DNA of 64,000 nt from Escherichia coli (GTDB lineage: Bacteria > Pseudomonadota > Gammaproteobacteria > Enterobacterales > Enterobacteriaceae): NCBI RefSeq assembly GCF_003334305.1, contig NZ_QOWS01000002.1. One strand, 5' to 3'. Made by a program: the position numbers and the translations under genes. The notes under the pieces are model-generated. The model was not told where the DNA came from. It saw only the letters and a list, made by a program, of their open reading frames with translations, and made no database searches. The first letter of the stretch is position 1; every line of letters begins with the position of its first letter. Below are positions 43,438-55,449 of this stretch, piece after piece.

Positions 43438-46400
43438 ATGACAGAACAACAAAAATTGACCTTTACGGCCTTGCAGCAGCGGCTGGATTCGCTGATGCTG
43501 CGCGACAGACTGCGTTTTTCTCGGCGTCTGCACGGTGTTAAGAAGGTTAAAAATCCTGATGCACAACAGGCCATTTTCCAGGAGATGGCGAAAGAGATTG
43601 ACCAGGCGGCAGGGAAAGTCCTGCTGCGTGAAGCGGCACGACCGGAAATTACTTATCCTGACAATTTACCTGTTAGTCAGAAAAAACAGGACATTCTCGA
43701 AGCGATTCGTGATCACCAGGTGGTGATCGTCGCCGGGGAAACGGGTTCTGGTAAAACGACTCAGTTACCGAAAATCTGTATGGAGCTGGGGCGCGGGATT
43801 AAAGGGCTGATCGGCCATACCCAGCCGCGTCGCCTGGCGGCAAGAACGGTGGCGAACCGTATTGCGGAAGAGCTGAAAACGGAGCCGGGCGGTTGCATCG
43901 GTTACAAAGTGCGTTTCAGCGATCACGTTAGTGATAACACGATGGTCAAGCTGATGACCGACGGTATCCTGCTGGCGGAGATCCAGCAAGACCGCCTGCT
44001 GATGCAGTACGACACCATCATTATTGACGAAGCACACGAACGCAGCCTGAATATCGATTTTCTGCTCGGCTATTTGAAAGAGTTGCTGCCGCGGCGTCCT
44101 GACCTAAAAATCATTATCACTTCCGCGACTATCGACCCGGAACGCTTTTCGCGCCACTTTAATAATGCGCCGATTATCGAAGTCTCCGGTCGGACCTATC
44201 CGGTGGAAGTGCGCTATCGACCGATTGTTGAAGAAGCCGACGACACCGAGCGCGATCAGTTGCAGGCGATTTTTGACGCCGTAGACGAACTGAGTCAGGA
44301 AAGCCCTGGCGACATTCTGATCTTTATGAGTGGTGAGCGGGAAATTCGCGATACCGCCGATGCGCTGAACAAGCTAAATCTGCGTCATACCGAAATCTTG
44401 CCGCTTTATGCGCGGCTTTCGAACAGCGAACAGAACCGCGTGTTCCAGTCGCACAGCGGACGGCGCATTGTGCTGGCGACCAACGTCGCGGAAACCTCGC
44501 TGACCGTACCGGGGATTAAATACGTTATCGACCCCGGTACAGCACGTATCAGCCGCTACAGCTATCGCACCAAAGTGCAGCGTTTGCCGATTGAACCCAT
44601 TTCGCAGGCGTCTGCCAATCAGCGTAAAGGCCGCTGTGGGCGTGTGTCCGAAGGGATCTGTATTCGTCTCTATTCCGAAGACGATTTCCTTTCGCGCCCG
44701 GAGTTTACCGATCCGGAGATTCTGCGTACCAACCTGGCCTCGGTTATTTTGCAGATGACCGCGCTGGGGCTGGGCGATATCGCTGCGTTCCCGTTTGTCG
44801 AAGCACCGGATAAACGCAATATCCAGGATGGCGTGCGTCTGCTCGAAGAACTGGGCGCGATCACCACGGATGAACAGGCCAGCGCCTATAAACTGACGCC
44901 GCTCGGTCGCCAGCTCTCGCAGTTGCCTGTCGACCCACGTCTGGCGCGTATGGTGCTGGAAGCGCAGAAACATGGCTGCGTGCGTGAGGCGATGATTATC
45001 ACGTCCGCGCTCTCCATTCAGGACCCGCGTGAGCGGCCGATGGACAAACAGCAGGCATCGGACGAAAAACATCGTCGCTTCCACGACAAAGAATCCGACT
45101 TCCTCGCGTTTGTAAATCTGTGGAATTATCTTGGCGAGCAGCAAAAGGCGCTTTCTTCCAACGCCTTCCGTCGCCTGTGTCGTACCGATTACCTCAACTA
45201 TCTGCGCGTGCGCGAATGGCAGGATATCTACACCCAGTTGCGTCAGGTGGTGAAAGAACTTGGCATTCCGGTTAACAGCGAACCGGCGGAGTATCGCGAA
45301 ATTCACATTGCGTTGCTGACGGGTTTACTTTCCCATATCGGCATGAAAGATGCCGATAAACAAGAATATACCGGCGCACGTAACGCGCGTTTCTCCATCT
45401 TCCCCGGTTCTGGTTTATTCAAAAAACCGCCGAAATGGGTAATGGTGGCGGAACTGGTAGAAACCAGCCGCCTGTGGGGGCGCATTGCTGCGCGTATCGA
45501 CCCGGAATGGGTGGAGCCTGTCGCTCAGCATTTGATTAAACGTACCTACAGCGAACCGCACTGGGAACGGGCGCAGGGCGCGGTGATGGCAACGGAAAAA
45601 GTCACTGTTTATGGTTTGCCGATTGTTGCCGCGCGCAAGGTCAACTACAGCCAGATCGATCCGGCGTTATGTCGTGAACTCTTTATTCGCCATGCGCTGG
45701 TGGAAGGTGACTGGCAGACGCGTCACGCATTCTTCCGTGAAAACCTGAAACTGCGGGCCGAAGTGGAAGAGCTGGAACACAAATCACGTCGCCGCGATAT
45801 TCTGGTTGATGACGAAACGTTGTTTGAGTTCTACGACCAGCGCATCAGCCACGATGTGATCTCTGCGCGCCACTTCGATAGCTGGTGGAAAAAAGTCAGC
45901 CGCGAAACGCCTGATTTGCTCAACTTTGAAAAAAGCATGTTGATCAAAGAGGGCGCAGAAAAAATCAGCAAGCTGGATTACCCGAACTTCTGGCATCAGG
46001 GCAATCTCAAGCTGCGTTTGAGCTATCAGTTTGAGCCCGGCGCGGATGCTGACGGTGTGACCGTACATATTCCGCTGCCGTTACTTAACCAGGTTGAGGA
46101 AAGCGGGTTTGAATGGCAGATCCCCGGTCTGCGCCGCGAACTGGTGATTGCTCTGATTAAATCGTTGCCGAAACCGGTACGCCGTAATTTTGTACCCGCG
46201 CCAAACTATGCCGAAGCGTTTTTAGGCCGCGTCAAACCGCTGGAGTTACCGTTGCTCGACAGCCTTGAGCGCGAGTTACGGCGGATGACCGGCGTTACCG
46301 TTGACCGCGAAGACTGGCACTGGGATCAGGTGCCCGATCACCTGAAAATCACCTTCCGCGTGGTGGACGACAAAAATAAGAAGCTAAAAGAAGGGCGCTC

Positions 46401-47340
46401 ATTACAGGATCTGAAAGATGCGCTGAAAGGCAAAGTGCAGGAAACGCTGTCCGCGGTGGCGGATGACGGTATCGAGCAGAGCGGCTTACATATCTGGAGT
46501 TTTGGTCAGCTGCCGGAAAGCTACGAACAGAAGCGTGGCAACTACAAAGTGAAGGCGTGGCCGGCGCTGGTGGATGAGCGCGACAGTGTGGCGATCAAAC
46601 TGTTTGATAACCCGCTGGAGCAAAAGCAGGCAATGTGGAACGGTCTTCGCCGTCTACTGCTGCTGAATATTCCATCGCCAATCAAATATTTACATGAAAA
46701 GTTACCGAACAAAGCCAAGCTGGGACTGTACTTTAACCCGTATGGCAAAGTGCTGGAGCTGATCGACGACTGTATCTCCTGCGGTGTGGATAAATTGATC
46801 GACGCCAATGGTGGCCCTGTCTGGACGGAAGAAGGCTTTGCTGCGCTGCATGAAAAAGTGCGTGCCGAACTGAACGACACGGTGGTGGATATTGCGAAGC
46901 AGGTCGAGCAAATCCTTACGGCAGTGTTCAATATCAACAAACGTCTGAAAGGGCGGGTGGATATGACCATGGCGCTGGGGCTTTCTGACATTAAAGCGCA
47001 GATGGGCGGGTTGGTATATCGCGGTTTTGTCACTGGTAACGGCTTCAAACGGCTGGGCGACACGCTGCGATATTTGCAGGCGATTGAAAAACGGCTGGAA
47101 AAACTGGCGGTTGATCCACATCGCGACCGTGCGCAGATGCTGAAAGTCGAAAACGTCCAGCAGGCGTGGCAGCAATGGATCAACAAACTGCCGCCCGCAC
47201 GTCGTGAGGATGAAGACGTGAAAGAGATCCGTTGGATGATAGAAGAGTTGCGCGTTAGTTACTTCGCTCAACAACTTGGTACGCCTTATCCTATTTCGGA
47301 TAAGCGTATTTTGCAGGCGATGGAGCAGATTAGCGGTTAA
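43438..47340 (+). CDS. hrpA: DEAH-box ATP-dependent RNA helicase
   Basis: 1300 aa; Walker A GETGSGKTTQ, DEAH box IIIDEAHERS. Confidence 0.95.
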   Translation: MTEQQKLTFTALQQRLDSLMLRDRLRFSRRLHGVKKVKNPDAQQAIFQEMAKEIDQAAGKVLLREAARPEITYPDNLPVSQKKQDILEAIRDHQVVIVAGETGSGKTTQLPKICMELGRGIKGLIGHTQPRRLAARTVANRIAEELKTEPGGCIGYKVRFSDHVSDNTMVKLMTDGILLAEIQQDRLLMQYDTIIIDEAHERSLNIDFLLGYLKELLPRRPDLKIIITSATIDPERFSRHFNNAPIIEVSGRTYPVEVRYRPIVEEADDTERDQLQAIFDAVDELSQESPGDILIFMSGEREIRDTADALNKLNLRHTEILPLYARLSNSEQNRVFQSHSGRRIVLATNVAETSLTVPGIKYVIDPGTARISRYSYRTKVQRLPIEPISQASANQRKGRCGRVSEGICIRLYSEDDFLSRPEFTDPEILRTNLASVILQMTALGLGDIAAFPFVEAPDKRNIQDGVRLLEELGAITTDEQASAYKLTPLGRQLSQLPVDPRLARMVLEAQKHGCVREAMIITSALSIQDPRERPMDKQQASDEKHRRFHDKESDFLAFVNLWNYLGEQQKALSSNAFRRLCRTDYLNYLRVREWQDIYTQLRQVVKELGIPVNSEPAEYREIHIALLTGLLSHIGMKDADKQEYTGARNARFSIFPGSGLFKKPPKWVMVAELVETSRLWGRIAARIDPEWVEPVAQHLIKRTYSEPHWERAQGAVMATEKVTVYGLPIVAARKVNYSQIDPALCRELFIRHALVEGDWQTRHAFFRENLKLRAEVEELEHKSRRRDILVDDETLFEFYDQRISHDVISARHFDSWWKKVSRETPDLLNFEKSMLIKEGAEKISKLDYPNFWHQGNLKLRLSYQFEPGADADGVTVHIPLPLLNQVEESGFEWQIPGLRRELVIALIKSLPKPVRRNFVPAPNYAEAFLGRVKPLELPLLDSLERELRRMTGVTVDREDWHWDQVPDHLKITFRVVDDKNKKLKEGRSLQDLKDALKGKVQETLSAVADDGIEQSGLHIWSFGQLPESYEQKRGNYKVKAWPALVDERDSVAIKLFDNPLEQKQAMWNGLRRLLLLNIPSPIKYLHEKLPNKAKLGLYFNPYGKVLELIDDCISCGVDKLIDANGGPVWTEEGFAALHEKVRAELNDTVVDIAKQVEQILTAVFNINKRLKGRVDMTMALGLSDIKAQMGGLVYRGFVTGNGFKRLGDTLRYLQAIEKRLEKLAVDPHRDRAQMLKVENVQQAWQQWINKLPPARREDEDVKEIRWMIEELRVSYFAQQLGTPYPISDKRILQAMEQISG

Positions 47341-47362
47341 CACTGCTATTTGCCTGATAAAG

Positions 47363-47397
47363 AAAAAACCCGGTAAGCATTTAGCGCCGGGTTTTTT
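47363..47397 (+). terminator. intrinsic terminator after hrpA
   Basis: AACCCGG-loop-CCGGGTT followed by TTTTTATT. Confidence 0.6.
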
Positions 47398-47611
47398 ATT
47401 AATTCTAAAACGGTAAGGGTAAAAATTCAGGAATTCAGAAAAATACAATTCTCTGCTGCAAGATGAATAATGTTTATCTACAGCATTTCCTTAAAAGATA
47501 TGTCAGGATTGCGGAGTGGCGGTTAAGGAAATACGACTTCCTCCTTTCAGAGTGCTCCGCTTCTCACTATTATCTCACGCAGTATTCTTAAGGGAACGAT
47601 AAGGAGGAACC

Positions 47612-48412
47612 ATGAACATTACCCCGTTTCCGACGCTTTCGCCGGCAACTATAGATGCCATAAATGTTATCGGACAGTGGCTGGCGCAGGATGATTTCTC
47701 CGGTGAGGTGCCGTATCAGGCCGATTGCGTGATCCTTGCAGGCAATGCGGTTATGCCGACTATCGACGCGGCATGTAAGATTGCTCGCGATCAGCAAATT
47801 CCTTTACTGATTAGTGGTGGTATCGGTCACTCGACAACTTTTTTGTATAGCGCCATCGCACAGCATCCGCACTACAACACTATCCGCACCACTGGCAGAG
47901 CAGAAGCGACCATCCTGGCGGATATCGCTCATCAGTTCTGGCACATTCCGCATGAAAAAATCTGGATTGAAGACCAGTCAACAAACTGCGGTGAAAACGC
48001 ACGCTTTAGCATCGCGCTATTGAATCAGGCCGTAGAACGAGTTCATACGGCTATCGTTGTTCAGGACCCCACCATGCAGCGGCGCACGATGGCGACGTTC
48101 CGCCGTATGACTGGGGACAATCCCGATGCACCACGCTGGTTAAGTTATCCCGGATTCGTTCCTCAGTTAGGAAATAACGCAGACAGTGTAATCTTTATTA
48201 ATCAGTTACAAGGATTATGGCCAGTTGAGCGTTATCTCTCACTACTCACTGGCGAGCTGCCGCGTTTACGCGATGATAGCGATGGCTACGGTCCCCGCGG
48301 GCGAGATTTTATCGTTCACGTTGATTTTCCGGCAGAAGTCATCCATGCATGGCAAACGCTGAAACATGATGCGGTGCTCATCGAGGCGATGGAAAGTCGC
48401 TCGTTACGTTAA
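47612..48412 (+). CDS. ydcF: DUF218 (YdcF) family protein
   Basis: 266-aa ORF; gene order hrpA-ydcF-aldA. Confidence 0.85.
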
Positions 48413-48608
48413 AAATTGCCCGTTTGTGAACCACTTGTTTGCAAACGGGCATGACTCCTGACTTTTATTTCTGCCTTTTATTCCTTTTACACTTGTTTTT
48501 ATGAAGCCCTTCACAGAATTGTCCTTTCACGATGCCGTCTCTCTGATGATTGATGTTAATTAACAATGCATTCACCGAAAACAAACATATAAATCACAGG
48601 AGTCGCCC

Positions 48609-50048
48609 ATGTCAGTACCCGTTCAACATCCTATGTATATCGATGGACAGTTTGTTACCTGGCGTGGAGACGCATGGATTGATGTGGTAAACCCTGCTAC
48701 AGAGGCTGTCATTTCCCGCATACCCGATGGTCAGGCCGAGGATGCCCGTAAGGCAATCGATGCAGCAGAACGTGCACAACCAGAATGGGAAGCGTTGCCT
48801 GCTATTGAACGCGCCAGTTGGTTGCGCAAAATCTCCGCCGGGATCCGCGAACGCGCCAGTGAAATCAGTGCGCTGATTGTTGAAGAAGGGGGCAAGATCC
48901 AGCAGCTGGCTGAAGTCGAAGTGGCTTTTACTGCCGACTATATCGATTACATGGCGGAGTGGGCACGGCGTTACGAGGGCGAGATTATTCAAAGCGATCG
49001 TCCAGGAGAAAATATTCTTTTGTTTAAACGTGCGCTTGGTGTGACTACCGGCATTCTGCCGTGGAACTTCCCGTTCTTCCTCATTGCCCGCAAAATGGCT
49101 CCCGCTCTTTTGACCGGTAATACCATCGTCATTAAACCTAGTGAATTTACGCCAAACAATGCGATTGCATTCGCCAAAATCGTCGATGAAATAGGCCTTC
49201 CGCGCGGCGTGTTTAACCTTGTACTGGGGCGTGGTGAAACCGTTGGGCAAGAACTGGCGGGTAACCCAAAGGTCGCAATGGTCAGTATGACAGGCAGCGT
49301 CTCTGCAGGTGAGAAGATCATGGCGACTGCGGCGAAAAACATCACCAAAGTGTGTCTGGAATTGGGGGGTAAAGCACCAGCTATCGTAATGGACGATGCC
49401 GATCTTGAACTGGCAGTCAAAGCCATCGTTGATTCACGCGTCATTAATAGTGGGCAAGTGTGTAACTGTGCAGAACGTGTTTATGTACAGAAAGGCATTT
49501 ATGATCAGTTCGTCAATCGGCTGGGTGAAGCGATGCAGGCGGTTCAATTTGGTAACCCCGCTGAACGCAACGACATTGCGATGGGGCCGTTGATTAACGC
49601 CGCGGCGCTGGAAAGGGTTGAGCAAAAAGTGGCGCGCGCAGTAGAAGAAGGGGCGAGAGTGGCGTTGGGTGGCAAAGCGGTAGAGGGGAAAGGATATTAT
49701 TATCCGCCGACATTGCTGCTGGATGTTCGCCAGGAAATGTCGATTATGCATGAGGAAACCTTTGGCCCGGTTCTGCCGGTGGTCGCATTTGACACGCTGG
49801 AAGATGCTATCTCAATGGCTAATGACAGTGATTACGGCCTGACCTCATCAATCTATACCCAAAATCTGAACGTCGCGATGAAAGCCATTAAAGGGCTGAA
49901 GTTTGGTGAAACTTACATCAACCGTGAAAACTTCGAAGCTATGCAAGGCTTCCACGCCGGATGGCGTAAATCCGGTATTGGCGGCGCAGATGGTAAACAT
50001 GGCCTGCATGAATATCTGCAGACCCAGGTGGTTTATTTACAGTCGTAA
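48609..50048 (+). CDS. aldA: lactaldehyde/glycolaldehyde dehydrogenase
   Basis: ALDH motifs LPWNFP, ELGGKAP, catalytic Cys in SGQVCNCAERVYV. Confidence 0.9.
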   Translation: MSVPVQHPMYIDGQFVTWRGDAWIDVVNPATEAVISRIPDGQAEDARKAIDAAERAQPEWEALPAIERASWLRKISAGIRERASEISALIVEEGGKIQQLAEVEVAFTADYIDYMAEWARRYEGEIIQSDRPGENILLFKRALGVTTGILPWNFPFFLIARKMAPALLTGNTIVIKPSEFTPNNAIAFAKIVDEIGLPRGVFNLVLGRGETVGQELAGNPKVAMVSMTGSVSAGEKIMATAAKNITKVCLELGGKAPAIVMDDADLELAVKAIVDSRVINSGQVCNCAERVYVQKGIYDQFVNRLGEAMQAVQFGNPAERNDIAMGPLINAAALERVEQKVARAVEEGARVALGGKAVEGKGYYYPPTLLLDVRQEMSIMHEETFGPVLPVVAFDTLEDAISMANDSDYGLTSSIYTQNLNVAMKAIKGLKFGETYINRENFEAMQGFHAGWRKSGIGGADGKHGLHEYLQTQVVYLQS

Positions 50049-50055
50049 TGAGTAA

Positions 50056-50085
50056 AAGAGGCGGAGGTTTTTTCCTCCGCCTGTG
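50056..50085. terminator. hairpin between convergent aldA and gapC
   Basis: GGCGGAGG-TTTTTT-CCTCCGCC. Confidence 0.45.
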
Positions 50086-50089
50086 CGCG

Positions 50090-51091
50090 TCAGAGTTTAG
50101 CGAATTTTTCGAGGGTGCGAATAAGCTGCGTGACGAAGCCATATTCGTTATCGTACCAGGCGACCGTTTTCACCAGTTGTAAATCGCCCACGGCGGTAAT
50201 TTCCGTTTGCGTGGCATCAAACACCGAACCGAAATGGCTGCCAATGATATCGGAAGAGACTATTTCTTCATCGGTATAACCAAATGACTCGTTATTGGTG
50301 GTTGCTTGTTTAAGTGCGTTATTCACCTCTTCGGCAGTCACTTTTTTTCCGAGAATGGACACCAGCTCAGTGACCGAACCTGTTTTCACCGGCACGCGTT
50401 GCGCATGACCTTTCAGTTTGCCGCTCAGTTCCGGGATCACCAGACCAATGGCTTTTGCCGCCCCCGTAGTGTGGGGAATGATATTTTCTGCCGCTGCGCG
50501 TGAAGCACGTAAATCTTTACCACGTGGGCCATCCACCAGTGACTGGGTGCCAGTATAGGCATGAATGGTCGTCATCGTGCCGACTTCTATCCCGAAACTG
50601 TCATGCAAGGCTTTGGCCATCGGCGCAAGACAGTTAGTGGTGCATGACGCCACGGAAACAATGGTGTCGTTGCCATCCAGAGTGTCGTCATTGACGTTAT
50701 AAACGATAGTTTTCATTTCACCGGCAGGGGCGGAAATCAACACCTTCTTCGCACCAGCATCAAGATGCGCCTGCGATTTCTCGGCGGAGGTATAAAAGCC
50801 AGTACATTCGACAATGATTTCTGCACCTTTCGCTTTCCACGGAATATTTTTAGCCTCTTTTTCGGCGTAAACCGCGATACTTTTCCCATCAACGATAAGT
50901 GAATCTTCCGTAAAATCAACGCTCCAGGGGAATGGTCCGTAGTTTGAATCATGTTTCAGCAGGTAGGCGAGAATTTTTGGGGAAGTGAGATCATTAATAG
51001 CGACAACGTCTATGTTGCTTTTGACTTCAAGTAATCGACGCAACACCAGTCGACCGATACGACCAAAACCGTTAATACCAACTTTACTCAT
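50090..51091 (-). CDS. gapC: glyceraldehyde-3-phosphate dehydrogenase, intact reading frame
   Basis: Uninterrupted 333-aa ORF with NAD-binding [10 protein letters not shown] and active-site [10 protein letters not shown]. Confidence 0.9.
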   Translation of the reverse strand: MSKVGINGFGRIGRLVLRRLLEVKSNIDVVAINDLTSPKILAYLLKHDSNYGPFPWSVDFTEDSLIVDGKSIAVYAEKEAKNIPWKAKGAEIIVECTGFYTSAEKSQAHLDAGAKKVLISAPAGEMKTIVYNVNDDTLDGNDTIVSVASCTTNCLAPMAKALHDSFGIEVGTMTTIHAYTGTQSLVDGPRGKDLRASRAAAENIIPHTTGAAKAIGLVIPELSGKLKGHAQRVPVKTGSVTELVSILGKKVTAEEVNNALKQATTNNESFGYTDEEIVSSDIIGSHFGSVFDATQTEITAVGDLQLVKTVAWYDNEYGFVTQLIRTLEKFAKL

Positions 51092-51279
51092 GGTTTTCTC
51101 CTGTCAGGAACATTCGGATGAAAATTGATCCTTTCCAGGCTTAGACCAGGATTGTGGGATGGGCAATCTCCATTCTTACAGTGAAACGTAACGTACTGAA
51201 AACGGGTGAACAATATTTAATGAAATTTTGAGAAAAGCCCGTTATGTTAACGGAAAATTATGTTAAAGCAGGAAATGTT

Positions 51280-51810
51280 ATGGAAAATAAATACTCAAGG
51301 TTACAAATCAGCATTCACTGGCTGGTCTTTTTGCTGGTTATCGCAGCGTATTGCGCAATGGAGTTTCGTGGTTTCTTCCCACGTAGCGATCGGCCACTCA
51401 TCAACATGGTTCATGTTTCCTGTGGTATCTCAATTCTCGTGCTGATGGTGGTTCGTCTTTTGTTAAGACTGAAATACCCAACCCCGCCGATTATACCTAA
51501 GCCAAAACCGATGATGACGGGACTGGCGCATTTGGGACATTTGGTGATTTATCTCCTGTTTATTGCGCTGCCAGTGATTGGTTTGGTGATGATGTATAAC
51601 CGGGGCAACCCGTGGTTTGCGTTTGGTTTGACGATGCCTTACGCTTCAGAGGCCAATTTCGAACGGGTTGATAGCTTAAAGTCGTGGCATGAGACGCTGG
51701 CGAATCTGGGATATTTTGTCATCGGGTTGCACGCTGCGGCTGCACTGGCACACCACTATTTCTGGAAGGACAACACACTTCTACGCATGATGCCGCGTAA
51801 ACGTTCCTGA
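51280..51810 (+). CDS. cybB: cytochrome b561
   Basis: 4-TM b561 fold with conserved His; likely start MENKYSRLQISIHW. Confidence 0.85.
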   Translation: MENKYSRLQISIHWLVFLLVIAAYCAMEFRGFFPRSDRPLINMVHVSCGISILVLMVVRLLLRLKYPTPPIIPKPKPMMTGLAHLGHLVIYLLFIALPVIGLVMMYNRGNPWFAFGLTMPYASEANFERVDSLKSWHETLANLGYFVIGLHAAAALAHHYFWKDNTLLRMMPRKRS

Positions 51811-52054
51811 AGGATATTTAAAGAAAACGCCTGTACTAAAACCGACCCGTGGTACAGGCGAAGAATACGGGTCTACATCGGAAGCGCCTATTATATTTAT
51901 TTGTATGACAAATAAAACCATAATCCTTGCCCATACGTCCATCTGGCTTATTTTTAATCAATTCACCCGATCTTTGATCTCATCAACGGTATCAAAATAA
52001 ACCAGCGTATAACGTTCAAATCGAACATAAGATTCGATAAACCATGGAGGTTAT

Positions 52055-52228
52055 ATGAAAAAACTGGCACTTATTTTGTTTATGGGAACGCTTGTTTCCT
52101 TTTATGCCGATGCCGGGCGCAAACCCTGTTCTGGTTCGAAAGGGGGGATCTCACACTGTACGGCAGGCGGCAAATTTGTCTGTAATGATGGTTCTATTAG
52201 TGCCTCGAAAAAAACATGCACTAACTGA
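52055..52228 (+). CDS. ydcA: small secreted protein YdcA
   Basis: 57 codons MKKLALILFMGTLVSFYADAGRKPCSGSKGGISHCTAGGKFVCNDGSISASKKTCTN; SD GGAGG upstream; below ORF-track cutoff. Confidence 0.75.
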   Translation: MKKLALILFMGTLVSFYADAGRKPCSGSKGGISHCTAGGKFVCNDGSISASKKTCTN

Positions 52229-52300
52229 AGTGTAAAAGGGGTGCCATGAGAAAATGAATCTGCTAGTCAGATGCGCGGGGAAAATCCCCGCGCTTGCCCT

Positions 52301-52508
<208 letters not shown>

Positions 52509-52847
52509 CGTTGGCCTCGGTTGATAGAAATATCGGTCGGGGCCTTCGTCTTTCTGATTCCCGGTTAGCCTGAAAACAGAAAGTCTCAGGCACCCGCAGG
52601 CATCCTATGAGGTTTCCTTAGGGACGAAAATAATCACTTCACGAAATTGCGTGCTGTTTTCCAGAATTTTTCGTCATTCGGGTTAGCCAGTTTAGCCATT
52701 CGTTACTCTCTTCATTCCAATAGCATTAATTTTCTCTGCAATAATTGTTGTAAAAATGTGACGCAAAGAGGTTTTTGGTCATAAGTAATTACCGTCAAGT
52801 GCCGATGACTTTCTATCAGGAGTAAACCTGGACGAGAGACAACGGTA

Positions 52848-54488
52848 ATGAATACAACTCCCTCACATCGATTAGGTTTTTTGCATCACATCAGGCTGGT
52901 TCCGTTATTTGCCTGCATTCTTGGCGGTATCTTAGTTCTATTCGCATTAAGTTCTGCTCTGGCTGGCTATTTCCTCTGGCAGGCCGATCGCGATCAGCGT
53001 GATGTTACTGCGGAGATTGAGATTCGGACCGGGTTAGCGAACAGTTCAGATTTTTTGCGTTCAGCCCGGATCAATATGATTCAGGCCGGGGCTGCAAGTC
53101 GTATTGCGGAAATGGAAGCAATGAAGCGAAATATTGCGCAAGCCGAATCGGAGATTAAACAGTCGCAGCAAGGTTATCGTGCTTATCAGAATCGACCGGT
53201 GAAAACACCTGCTGATGAAGCCCTCGACACTGAATTAAATCAACGCTTTCAGGCTTATATCACGGGTATGCAACCTATGTTGAAATATGCCAAAAATGGC
53301 ATGTTTGAAGCGATTATCAATCATGAAAGTGAGCAGATCCGACCGCTGGATAATGCTTATACCGATATTTTGAACAAAGCCGTTAAGATACGTAGCACCA
53401 GAGCCAACCAACTGGCGGAACTGGCCCATCAGCGCACCCGCCTGGGTGGGATGTTCATGATTGGCGCGTTTGTGCTTGCCCTGGTCATGACGCTGATAAC
53501 ATTTATGGTGCTACGTCGGATCGTCATTCGTCCACTGCAACATGCCGCACAACGGATTGAAAAAATCGCCAGTGGCGATCTGACGATGAATGATGAACCG
53601 GCGGGTCGTAATGAAATCGGTCGCTTAAGTCGTCATTTACAGCAAATGCAGCATTCACTGGGGATGACAGTAGGGACTGTTCGACAGGGTGCGGAAGAGA
53701 TTTATCGTGGCACCAGCGAAATTTCAGCTGGCAATGCGGACCTGTCATCTCGCACCGAAGAACAAGCGGCGGCTATCGAACAAACTGCCGCTAGCATGGA
53801 GCAACTCACTGCGACGGTGAAACAGAATGCGGATAACGCGCATCATGCCAGCAAACTGGCGCAAGAGGCTTCTATTAAAGCCAGCGATGGCGGGCAGACG
53901 GTTTCCGGTGTAGTAAAAACGATGGGCGCTATCTCTACAAGTTCGAAGAAAATTTCCGAGATCACCGCCGTCATCAACAGTATTGCTTTCCAGACGAATA
54001 TTCTGGCACTGAATGCTGCCGTTGAAGCCGCGCGAGCGGGTGAGCAAGGCCGTGGATTTGCCGTTGTTGCCAGCGAAGTACGGACACTCGCAAGCCGCAG
54101 CGCCCAAGCGGCGAAAGAGATTGAAGGCTTGATCAGTGAATCAGTCAGGTTAATTGACCTGGGGTCGGATGAGGTGGCAACGGCAGGGAAAACCATGAGC
54201 ACTATTGTTGATGCCGTCGCGAGTGTCACACATATCATGCAGGAAATCGCCGCCGCCTCGGATGAACAAAGTAGAGGCATAACGCAGGTTAGCCAGGCGA
54301 TTTCTGAAATGGATAAGGTGACGCAACAGAATGCTTCTCTGGTAGAAGAGGCCTCAGCGGCGGCGGTGTCCCTTGAAGAACAGGCGGCACGATTAACTGA
54401 GGCGGTGGATGTATTCCGTCTGCACAAACATTCTGTGTCGGCAGAACCTCGCGGAGCGGGTGAACCAGTTAGTTTCGCTACGGTGTGA
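52848..54488 (+). CDS. trg: methyl-accepting chemotaxis protein III (ribose/galactose)
   Basis: 546 aa; two TM segments, HAMP, conserved MCP signalling hairpin ([34 protein letters not shown]). Confidence 0.95.
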   Translation: MNTTPSHRLGFLHHIRLVPLFACILGGILVLFALSSALAGYFLWQADRDQRDVTAEIEIRTGLANSSDFLRSARINMIQAGAASRIAEMEAMKRNIAQAESEIKQSQQGYRAYQNRPVKTPADEALDTELNQRFQAYITGMQPMLKYAKNGMFEAIINHESEQIRPLDNAYTDILNKAVKIRSTRANQLAELAHQRTRLGGMFMIGAFVLALVMTLITFMVLRRIVIRPLQHAAQRIEKIASGDLTMNDEPAGRNEIGRLSRHLQQMQHSLGMTVGTVRQGAEEIYRGTSEISAGNADLSSRTEEQAAAIEQTAASMEQLTATVKQNADNAHHASKLAQEASIKASDGGQTVSGVVKTMGAISTSSKKISEITAVINSIAFQTNILALNAAVEAARAGEQGRGFAVVASEVRTLASRSAQAAKEIEGLISESVRLIDLGSDEVATAGKTMSTIVDAVASVTHIMQEIAAASDEQSRGITQVSQAISEMDKVTQQNASLVEEASAAAVSLEEQAARLTEAVDVFRLHKHSVSAEPRGAGEPVSFATV

Positions 54489-54499
54489 AAATGTTCAAG

Positions 54500-54520
54500 G
54501 AGGGATCGACAGATCCCTTC
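54500..54520. terminator. hairpin between trg and ydcI
   Basis: AGGGATC-gaca-GATCCCT. Confidence 0.45.
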
Positions 54521-54525
54521 ACCTT

Positions 54526-55449
54526 TCAGAACGGCATTGATTTTCGAATAGCGTTAATCATCAACTGGCAACCAGAAGAGAACGTCGCATCTACGCGGGT
54601 CAGTATTCCAATCGGTTCGCCTGCACCATGTCCCGGAACAGGCAGGGCCACCAGCGTGGCATGACGCAGGTCGTCTTTTACAGCGCCAGAAGGGACAAAC
54701 CACACGTAATCGTATTCAACCGTAAGTTGACGAGATAGCGAAGCAGACAGCGTTTCGATACAACCCGAAGGAATTTTACAGCCCTGGCTCTGCACTAATG
54801 CATCTGAATGCTGGCGTGGCGCAGTGCCTTCTGGTGATACAACGACCGGCCATTCCAGCACCCGGCTTAGCGTTACGTTCTCCTGAAGTAGCGGGTGATT
54901 AGGGCGGACAACCAGCTTCAACGATTCAAGAAACAGCAGTTCGTAATTAAGCCCGGTCATCAGTTCAGGATCTGACATCCGACCAATGCCGATATCGATT
55001 TCCCCGGTTTTTAAACCCGCCAGAATCATAGGGTTACTCATTGTCGCAACTTGCAAGGTCGTCTCTTTTTGTTGCTGATGAAACTGACCTATAACCGAAG
55101 GTAATATCCCCAGTGCCGCAGTAGGTAGTGCACCAACCCTGACGACATCATTATTAAGACCTTCTTTACGATGAAGCGACTGTCCGGCAGTGTTGATGGC
55201 GTCAAGAACTCTGACTGCATGCGTTAAAAATTGTTCGCCGGGTAAGGTAAGTTGCGCCCCCTGACGACCACGCTCAAACAAGCGAGCGCCAGTCAGCTGC
55301 TCCAGTTCATTCAATGTCTTAGAGAGCGCAGGTTGACTCAAATTAAGGGTTTCAGCCGCGCGCCCCAAAGTTCCTTGTTGTGCGACAGCTACGAATGTAT
55401 GAAGGTGGCGCAAACGGATGCGCTGACTAAACAGACTATTTTTTTCCAT
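54526..55449 (-). CDS. ydcI: LysR-family transcriptional regulator
   Basis: HTH LGRAAETLNLSQPALSKTLNELE; likely start MEKNSLFSQRIRL (ORF track extended to 55590). Confidence 0.85.
   Translation of the reverse strand: MEKNSLFSQRIRLRHLHTFVAVAQQGTLGRAAETLNLSQPALSKTLNELEQLTGARLFERGRQGAQLTLPGEQFLTHAVRVLDAINTAGQSLHRKEGLNNDVVRVGALPTAALGILPSVIGQFHQQQKETTLQVATMSNPMILAGLKTGEIDIGIGRMSDPELMTGLNYELLFLESLKLVVRPNHPLLQENVTLSRVLEWPVVVSPEGTAPRQHSDALVQSQGCKIPSGCIETLSASLSRQLTVEYDYVWFVPSGAVKDDLRHATLVALPVPGHGAGEPIGILTRVDATFSSGCQLMINAIRKSMPF

Noticed and set aside
44374-45306. 310-aa minus-strand ORF inside hrpA (also 46702-47448, 248 aa, and 46542-47186)
   Set aside because: Fully antisense to the strongly supported hrpA reading frame; no RBS; composition typical of shadow ORFs in GC-rich genes.
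53843-54427. 194-aa and 120-aa minus-strand ORFs inside trg
   Set aside because: Antisense shadow ORFs of the alanine-rich MCP signalling domain; trg assignment is unambiguous.
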